Positions 51,254 through 60,647 of a DNA stretch of 60,647 bases are shown here, piece after piece (within the stretch, counting starts at the first letter, position 1; each line of letters begins with the position of its first letter). The DNA comes from Oopsacas minuta (taxonomy: Eukaryota > Animalia > Porifera): positions 109,703 through 170,349 of the forward strand of contig JAKMXF010000331.1 in NCBI GenBank assembly GCA_024704765.1, written 5' to 3'. Both the position numbers and the translations under genes were made by a program. Under the pieces are notes generated by a model that searched no databases, had not been told where the DNA came from, and saw only the letters and a program-made list of their open reading frames with translations.

Positions 51254-54200
51254 AGTAGGTAGTACATATAGCTACTCTACATGAGTGGAGGTCGTTGGTT
51301 GCTCATCGTACTTCTGATAAGACTTTCAGGATTATGTGCTCGATTTCTTTCGGCGCCAACTTACCTCATTCTTTGTGTCTAGTGTTGCAGCTCTTGCATT
51401 AATCCGAAATTTCTGAAGCATGTAGGCATGAGGCGCGAGGGGGGAGGGTCGTGACGGTTCGGTTTGGGGCTCGCATACTGAGGGACATTACATCTATATT
51501 TCTGTATTAACTCTGTGGGTTGAAAACAAACGAGGGGCGCTCGAGTCCTCCCTGGCCTACCAAACCCGTTAGGGACGTAGTGATTTAGTAATCCACGCCC
51601 CTAAACACTAGCGATATTGCAATGGGGGAGGGATGAAGTTTCTTGGCTTATGGGGCTAGCATGTCATAAACGCTAACGTTTTAGGTACGCTAGCGTTTTG
51701 GGATCCTCGGTTCTGTGCGGAATACTAGCGATGCAAGAAATAGCTCCTGTGGGACAACATCTTAGGGCAGTGATAACCTTTTCGCTCATTACAGTAATAA
51801 ATATGAGCCAACACTATGGCTTTTGAGGACATAAGGAAATTGTGAATATTTTAGGTATTCCTCGAAATTGCCAGTATTGAATATTTTCGCCACATATATC
51901 CAAATGTGTACAGTGTTCGAATCATATTTCTTCCAGTCAATTTAGATAATTTGCATTGTCTCAGATTAGGTTAAATGAATAAAGTTCGACTCAAAGAGCA
52001 GGGTGATTCCTCAGACTCATCACAATTTTCAGTTTCAGAGTATATCTCCTCTATTTCGTCATCTCCTTACCTCCTCTGGATACTACCTTGTCTTTATGTC
52101 CTCTTCAATCTGAATCTACATCCCAGACAGCAGTTTCTCCAAGAATTTCAAAACATTCACCTCACTTAGACTGTCCCCTACAACATCACAAGAACAAGAT
52201 TGTCTTTAGTTGATAAATGCATGGGACGCCCTTGAAAGCATCGCATCTATGGAAATATGTATACAACTTGTACACCATCTCTTACAGATGTGCCAGATCT
52301 GACAATATCGCTTTGCCCGGACCGCCTAGGGCAAAGAATCGCGAATACCTAAAGGTACTCACACGTAGATGCTAAATTGCTAAATTTCAATTTTACCAAC
52401 GACACGTTCCAAACCTGTTTTACTACCTTCAGGGTCATGAGAAAAGAGAAATACACAGACCAACTGGCATGAGAATTTTTGATGTTGGCAACCCAGTAGA
52501 GGTTTTCTCGACCTTTCATTGCTGCGAATGTGTTGGGAGTTTTTCCCTTTAAGAAGAAAAATGGATTCATGGATTCATATACACAGATAATGGTTTCATA
52601 CATACTAGTTGAGTGCTATGGCTGAACACTCTACTGGTATTTCGTTGCGTAATTTTAACAAACTCTCTACAATATTTGATATACCCTCACCAATTCAGAG
52701 GATACCATCTCCATATCTGAACAGTCAGGAAGCTGTTATAAAAGTTGCATTAGGGACTGCCATGTCTGATACCACTAAACAGTTACACCAAATATCAGAT
52801 TGTGAAGTTTCACCTGATCCTAAAGCCACCAACGTAACCGTCAGCATCGATAGCTTCTGGACCACCAGATGATTCTATTCCAACATAGATTTCGGAGCTA
52901 TCATCTCTACCGACACCAAGAAGGTCTGGACTAAGAAATCACGACCCTTCTCTCTGAGAAGTGCTCTACCTGGACAGAAGAGAAACGGAAAAATCGGTCA
53001 GCCGAGTACGAGAAGTGGTTAGAACGTCATAATCTAAGCTGCAATCGAAACTACACTGGATCTTCTCAAGGTATGGATCCAGAAATAGCCAACAGGATTT
53101 GGGGACACTCCTTCTAGAAGAATCATCTGGCATATTGGTTTTTTGTCAGATATGGAGATTCAAGAAGTTTTCAGCAGGTGGAAGAGCTAAATCCATAAAA
53201 TCTTGTGAAGATTCGAATAGAGGAATGTAAAACGCAAGTAGTCAAGCGTCTGAAGAAGAAGAAGAGAAGTACGAAAAATAATACTTTTGTACTACACGCG
53301 CTACCTGATCAACATACTATCATCTATCATCTATCAACATCGTGGCTTAACATCAATTAAGCTGTGTTCTGCCCTACATATACTAGTTGATAATGTGGCA
53401 GGGGATCATCTTGGTTGTCCTACTGGTGAGAAATCATGGTGTCGGTGTAGAAACCCATCAAGTTCTTCAGCACCTACTGCTCTGACAACCTTCAAACATT
53501 AACAGAAAAGGTGAAAAAGTATTCAATACTCGTGCGACAGAAGAATCCTGTAGCCATCTGACATCAGGACTGACTCAAATGCTAATGAATCCTTACACAA
53601 CACTATATGGAGTCTCTGACCCAAAAGCAAGTACTTATCACCTCAATCTATTTAGGATTAGTACTGCTATCGCTGTCCTAATCTTTAACAAAGTGGCACT
53701 TTCACTATTCGGAATCCTGACTGACCTTGACGGACTTATAGTGCAATTCTGAAACAAGAATACTTGTCAGATTATCCTCGATGAGCTCAGAAGTCAATCA
53801 AAGACAAAAGAGAAGAGCCATATTATTCAAGTAACAAAGAGAGTGCCCTGTTGAAAGCAGAAGGCGGAGAAGCTAGAAAGGGAGGCAGTTTGGGGCTGAG
53901 AATTCACCAAAGAAGTGTGTCAGGGCTCGAGGACCGATCGGTGAAACAGGTAGAAGAGGTATTGGAGTGAAGAGAAGTGCGAGGGAGCGTGGGGTAGCTC
54001 CTGTTTGCACAGGGTGTTTTGGCTCAACCAGCAGCTCTAACGAGTCGGATATCCTGTGCAGTATATGTCATAAGAGAGAAACCAGAACCTGTGACAAAGT
54101 GGAAACTTGGGGAACCAATCCGATTGGGCATTATATGACAACTCTGAATGAGTTCATTGCTATTGTGCTGACGTAGACATTCAGCCCGTGTCTAAAGCCC

Positions 54201-54458
54201 CTTTTTACTGTGATACGTGTTCTTGAAAGGTATGATAATTATTTCTAAATCTACTCACTAGTGATCGACAAACTGAATATTCCCGAAATCGGTATTCAAC
54301 AGAAATCGACCAGTTGTTCCCAAAGTAGTTTGTGGCTAAATTATTTCCTAAATATTAGCTGTTTAGCTGTATCGAATCTATTTTAATTATTCGGTTGGTA
54401 GAATATCCGGCCATAATATTCAGCGGAAAACTATTTCGATCAATACTACTACCCAACT
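51254..54458 (+). mobile_element. Mutator-like / Kolobok-type transposase pseudogene with C-terminal PHD-like finger; ends uncertain
   Basis: VTVSIDSFWTTR, NRNYTGSSQGMD, GDSRSF, EECKTQVVKRL, NANESLHN, CSIC..W..DN..VHCYCADV..PFYCDTC; weak inverted ends AGTAGGTAGTA / TACTACCCAACT. Confidence 0.65.
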
Positions 54459-55562
54459 TCACTTTATCCCTTGCATAATTTAGTGGTTACCAGATGATAA
54501 ATAGTTCTCACTACGAGTATACATGCTAATTATACTGTCTAATCTCTGAAGATGTGAACAGAAGATAAATAAGATTACAAGTAATACTAGAAGATGAACC
54601 GACACGAAATGTTCGCAGGCCGCATAGAGCAAGCGCCGCAGCTTTCTTCGACCATTCAATGATAAATTTGTAAAGGGGGCGAAGACACCTAGAAATGCCT
54701 TCCGCAGGAGCTAGCAGAAGCGGCGCATGAAAGGCAACTTTCAGCTAGAAATGGTTACAATACATCTCGAATTATTCATTATCTATCGGTTTGAATCAAG
54801 AGACCATCCAAACTATAATTACTTTAAAGAAGATGTTTGGAGAATGATATAGACCGACAACTTCGAGTAGATTAATCGTTTCATATATAAATACACACAC
54901 GTTATAATATATACTTATATACGTCTCGAATAATTCTTTATTTATCAGTTCGAGTCAATATACCATCTAAACTGTAAGTACTTCAAATATGTTTGGTAAA
55001 TGATATAGATGAGGGGTGCTCAAACTTTTGAATCTTCGGGCCACTTTAGAAATTAGGCTCCGCCCCATGGGCCACAAATCATAAATTGCCTTTGGCTTTA
55101 GTTTAATCAATTTTAAGCTATACTATTTGACCTCATATCCCATTAACAATGGATTCTACTTGTAAATTCAGGTTATTGACTTATATTATAATCTTTAAAT
55201 CGATTCGAATCATTTGATGTCTCTTTTGAACTCAGCTTGTATTCTAGCAAGTGGACAATAGTACTAAACCTCGATTTGGGGTATACTATGTACTGTTCAT
55301 AGTAGAATAACATTGCAGAAAAATCTACCTATACTACGAAATTTAGCTAATGGGAGTGATGATATTGCTTGTATTAAACTAATAAATCAATATCCTACGA
55401 CCTACGTTAGTTATACTTGTGAAGCTCTAATAATTGATGGAATTCGTAAATGTAAACTCTAGTTACCAAATACTGTATTCATACTTGGAACATTGATGCA
55501 TTTGTAGAGTATCAAGAACAATTATTACCTGACTATTGAAACACGTCAATCTACTGTATATA

Positions 55563-56479
55563 CACTAAGTGGACAAAAGTATTTCAAAACATAAATATAT
55601 TGTCATAGATTGTATACTCTTTCCCGCTCCTATATATTGTGTAGTCTATATTCGTAGCTGCTATCTAGTAATTTGTATAGAATAACATATGTTTTTCAAG
55701 AATTTCAAAAAAATATTTTCAATTTTCACTTTTTGAAGGTGTTAATTATTAATAATTATTAGATAATTATTGATATTCAAAATATGTGGTAATTCAAAGC
55801 CTATTAAGAATCTATAATTTCTGACTTGATATTTGAATTCTACGTGGGCGAGTTACCCTAGATTGAAATTTCCAATCGGATTGAACAATTTTTACCAGAG
55901 TTATAGAAGAATTTCAATTTGTGCCATTTGTGCCACCTTTTGCCCAAGCTGGCACAAGTGGCCGCTACCAAGAGGTTATTTTGGAATTCAAGGGTTAGCA
56001 TAGTCATATCATTCGAAAATATTACTTCGACTTATTCCTCCTAACCCTAGTTGATATCTTTGTAGTGGCGCTTTTTCCTGCCACCTGTGCCACTTTTGGG
56101 AAAAAGTGGCACAAGTGGTACAAATTGAAATTCTTCTATAACTTTGGTAAAAATTGTTCAATCCGATTGGAAATTTCAATCTGGTGTAACTCGCCTACGT
56201 AGAATTCAAATATCAAGTCAGAAATTATAGATTCTTAATAGGCTTTGAATTACCACATATTTTGAATATCAATAATTATCTAATAATTATTAATAATTAA
56301 CACCTTCAAAAAGTGAAAATTGAAAATATTTTTTTGAAATTCTTGAAAAACATATGTTATTCTATACAAATTACTAGATAGCAGCTACGAATATAGACTA
56401 CACAATATATAGGAGCGGGAAAGAGTATACAATCTATGACAATATATTTATGTTTTGAAATACTTTTGCCCACTTAGTG
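55563..56479. mobile_element. Tc1-type foldback element (~360-bp arms), copy 2, inverted relative to copy 1
   Basis: TA|CACTAAGTGGACAAAAGTATTTCAAAAC...GTTTTGAAATACTTTTGCCCACTTAGTG|TA; its core is the reverse complement of the 38380-38600 core. Confidence 0.9.
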
Positions 56480-56652
56480 TATATATGAATTATGAAATCA
56501 AGAAAATTCTCCGCTGGCGACAGCGAATAGTCTCGCGGGTTCCCGTTTGAGCACACTTGATATAGATTGACGACTGCGATGCGACTAGATTAATCTCGGC
56601 TATGGTTGGCCCAGGCTTGTTGAAACATGGTTAGACTAAGATAGCGAGTATA

Positions 56653-57574
56653 CAGGGTGGCCCCAAAGTTCAGTCCCATGGCTGTAGATCTTCAGGTGTC
56701 ACGTCACTCCATTCGAAACGTCATGAATACTAAGCTTGGAATGTATTCCTTCAAAGAAAAGGTCCATCATCTAACAGACCAAGTTAAGCAAAAACGAATG
56801 TCTAGATGTAAGGGGTTGCTTGAGTGGGACGCGAATCACGGTCTCGAAACGATTCTGTTTTGAGATGAGAAGATATTCACTATTCAGGAAGTTACAAACG
56901 CTCAAAATGACAGGATCATATCGGCAACACTTCTAGTATACCAGAAAAGTATCCACACATGAGTCGCATATAGACCTAAATCTGTGATGGTGTGTGCTGG
57001 TGTCTCGGCAACTGGTCGGACACCATTGAAATTTGTCCTCCCTGGAGTAAAAATAAATGCTACCACCTATCGGGAGCTTATCTTGGAGCCTGTATTGCAG
57101 AGTCTAGGTCAAAAACAATGTTTAATGGAGAACCGTTTATATTCCAGCAGGATGGAGCGCTGGCTCATACCGCCAATAGTACCCAAACCTGGCTCCAACA
57201 CAATTTTCCAGGATTTATTCAGAAGAAAGAATGGCCTCCCTATAGTCCAGACCTGAACCCGATGAACTTTGCAATCTGGTTCATCCTGGAGGCCAATCCT
57301 TGCGCCAAGTCTCATACCTCTGTCAAGTGTTTGAAACGGTCTTTGGCAAGGGAGTGGAACAAAATACCTCAGGAAAGAAAGCTTTTGTGCTGTGGTTGGA
57401 GCGTTTTCTGGACGATTGAGAGCGGTAGTTAAAAAACGAGGAGGTTATATTGAGTAGTAAAGATATTTATTATTTCTGATATTATTCTGTAAGACGAGTA
57501 AAATTGCCAGCCTAGCATACAATTTAAGCAAGTTATTCCACTGTATCAATGAGACAGGACTTAAGGGCCCCCTG
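56653..57574 (+). mobile_element. maT/mori (DD37D) Tc1-mariner element, deleted and frameshifted
   Basis: TA|CAGGGTGGCCCC...GGGCCCCCTG|TA; DEKIF, FQQDGALAH..WPPYSPDLNPMN with 37-residue spacing and the last D changed to N. Confidence 0.85.
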
Positions 57575-60435
57575 TAATTTTGCACTAACTATATGTTGGT
57601 TAAATTTAATATGTAAACTGGTCGATGAAGGAGATTCAAAATCTGATTTTCTAGAGGCCATGTTAGAGTAACTCTAACATAGTTTGCCGGGTAGACGTAC
57701 TCACACCTCTTCGTGGTCATCCGGATCAACTAGATAATATTATTAGCGGAGTTGACTGTACATAATTTTGAATGGCTAAGTTTGTCATAAATGTTTTAGA
57801 AGTTGTAAGGAATACAACATAAAATATACAGTAAACTATGCTTTCCAAGTCACCAATTTCAAATAGGGAGGAAAATGAGTTTCAGCATCTAGTTGATTTT
57901 ATGAGCGAATAACAATCCAATGGCAAACATTGACAAGTACGTATTGTAAATTGATGTTGGAGTTGAATTGTGAAACATATGTACATTTAGCGTGAAGCAT
58001 CATTAATAACCAAATACAACCATATTTAGTGAATATGGATTTTGTCTGACCAAAACTTGGAAATCAAAATCCGATACATGTGGTTAATTAATAAGTTGAT
58101 TTGGCTTTTGGACCATGGATTATATCTATAATATATATTTCGCTGTTGCTGAACAGAAAATGTCCAATAAAGTAATAGTAAAATTGGCTCTGTATATAAA
58201 TATTCTATAAATACTCTTTCCTAAAATATGATTTCTGGAAGAATATTTTATATATGCTACATTCTCAGCCCTTGAACAAATATTCACAATATGTTATATA
58301 CAATATTCGGAATCAGTATACTCGATTTACCCAGTACAATGCTGTTTTGTTGTTGTTATGTTGTGTAATTTTGATTCTGGACTTTATGAACTGAACCAAT
58401 ATGTTTACTATATGGGAGCGTGACACTCACACATAAATTGAGATATTAATATAGGTATCTACTGAATATTGAGCCTATATCAAAACATGGTTATTACTCA
58501 ATGATATTTAATATATGTTCTCAACAATTTCACACTAATTATTATACTGAAGCAAGTTTGAAATTTACAATCAGGACATGAATTTTTTGGATTTGGTGAA
58601 ATCAAAGCGTCGATTGGACATGATCTTAAGAAAGGATCACGATTATTATGACTACCTCGAATAATGTCACTTAGTTTCCAAAGTATTCGGTGAATATTCC
58701 TATGTAGTAATGCATGATTAGAATAACTACATAAAGTTATCATGGTGAGCTGTTCATAATAATAGAGGAGGAATATTGATTTGGGGATGGTATATTCTTG
58801 GCTGGTCCAAAAATGATTACTTAAGAGCATCAAGTAATCATATTTGGTCCGCTTAACAACTCCCCAAACATTCCCGTAATATATAGTCTGTGCGATAAGA
58901 GAGTGTTTTTGAGCTTTTAACGATTAGCAAACTCTGTATGCGCTTTAAAGTGTATAAGTGATGTAGGCAGAAAAATATATATTTATTTATTTAATTAATT
59001 AAATCATAAATACAAAATATATTTTGAACAAGTTACATAAAAGTTTCAGACGTAATTACTTAAAAATGTTGTTATATCTAGCAATGAGAGAAACAGAGTC
59101 ACGCTAATTGGTGATTCCATTTTAAGCTCTTCTATTAAATTCTTTAATTAAAATAATCAACCAATCGATATAATTGTGTAGTGTTAACCAGCAATAGAAG
59201 TATATTTGTAGATTTCTGTAGAAATCATATTCTGCTTTGAGTATCTAGAATCCAAAGCGCAAGTTCATTATTGTAAATCTGAATGGGTAAATGCTAAAAG
59301 TATAAACCATATACAGTTCTTCCATATACTTTGGAACTGAACATTACGTAGATACAATACTGTACACATACATAATATTATACCAACATTTATATAGGTA
59401 GTATCTGAAATACATTCATAGAGATAATATTCAGTATTAAATTACACACAAAAGAGTTGTTATATATACACAAGTGATAACAGCATCAATTTACACAAAT
59501 AATTAGATAATATAATATTATCATACCACTCTCATATTATAAAAATTCTTCCTCAAGATGGTCCAAAAGAAATAAATTCAGATTTAGCATCAAGAGGTAT
59601 CTTGGTCCATCAGTTAAACAATTAAAAATTACATATGCTCTACAATTAGCGAATTTACATTATGCTCTTGCTCGAAAGAAAGGACTGTTTATCTTAAGGC
59701 TATCAGACCTTTCAACCGATAATAGTCAGATTCGAAACACACATATTGTTTACATCATGATACTTAGAAGAAAATACATTCGTCCAATTACTGACTAATG
59801 CCATTCTATGGTTCGAATCAGTAATGCACAAACAATCCTATTTTGTGATTCCGAGATAAAATTCTCCAGATTAACAACTTTCAATCTCAAAGTCAACTCT
59901 AGAGCTGACCTCTTACAATGTATCCACAACTTGTTCACTTTCTACATTAAACTTAGGGTTGTGAGCCTGGGGAAGGGGAATTAGTTCCTTAACTAAACTG
60001 TCACCATGAACAAGGCATTCAGAATATACATTTTGTAGGCTTACAATGACATTAGTATCGAATTCCTTTGATTGTTCCAAACCGAAGTAATGAAAAAGGT
60101 AAACATTTCTCCACTTAAAACACATACTTTTATCAAACATTTGATTAACTAAACTATGACCAGGTTGTGTTACAACTAACCACAAAACTAACTGTGGACT
60201 ATACTCAACAAAGCCATTGCTATAAGCATCTGTGATAGCAATAATGAAATGAAAACACACATCAGTAAACACATGCATCCAAAAATTGAAAAAATAAAGT
60301 AATATATTTCGAACGTTAGATAAGCCATAAAACTTTACGCCATCTAGCCAGTGCCTATTATTATCTAAGCAGGGGCCCATTACACAACTCAACAAGATTT
60401 CTCATCAGAGATCACATACATTTATCTTAGCATAC

Positions 60436-60500
60436 TTTTGAATGCTGAACTCAAATCTGCAATCAGAATTTCTCTAGCACGTCTAGTTATTCTGAAATCC
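60436..60500 (+). repeat. Short relic similar to the Chapaev3 left subterminal sequence
   Basis: ATGCTGAACTCAAATCTGCAATCAG matches ATGCTGATTTCAAATCTGCAATCAG at about 1130-1154. Confidence 0.5.
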
Positions 60501-60647
60501 AATATCCATTTTGTCAATAGTATAGTATTACCTAGTTACTAAATTGCTATATGAGCATGCCTATTCTGATTCAATTATCTGGACTATAAATGACTTTACT
60601 TATTTGAATTCAAGCAAATCAAATTATAAACATGCATCGTAATTGTA

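Noticed and set aside
54590-54745. GC-richer islands (also 56500-56640 and 36020-36130) as tRNA, SINE or ncRNA
   Set aside because: No cloverleaf, no A/B boxes and no second copy in the window.

Overview
AT-rich eukaryotic (probably invertebrate metazoan) genomic DNA made mostly of transposons. Two host genes are supported. (1) The first two coding exons of an EML5/EML6-like microtubule-associated WD40 gene on the minus strand (13571-13940 and 4264-4736), joined by a phase-compatible 8.8-kb intron. (2) A single-exon, divergent ubiquilin-like gene (32946-34019, minus). The rest is a layered set of mobile elements: Chapaev3, a second Chapaev/Transib (RAG1-core-related) element, at least six hAT elements or fragments, MULE, a Mutator/Kolobok-like element with a PHD finger, Gypsy, a LINE fragment, Ginger2, piggyBac, Tc1, mariner, maT and many MITEs. 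Many have readable TIRs and target-site duplications, so the order of nested insertions can be reconstructed. Almost all transposase genes are broken. The exception is a Ginger2-type element (23484-26529) whose four exons splice by hand into an uninterrupted 581-aa integrase-like transposase; a Tc1 copy lacks only an in-frame start codon. I found no RNA genes, CRISPR arrays or prokaryotic systems. I cannot claim a clearly new biological system; the best leads are the intact spliced Ginger2, the long-TIR RAG1/Transib-related element it interrupts, and the atypical ubiquilin. All family assignments come from motif recognition by eye, not database searches.
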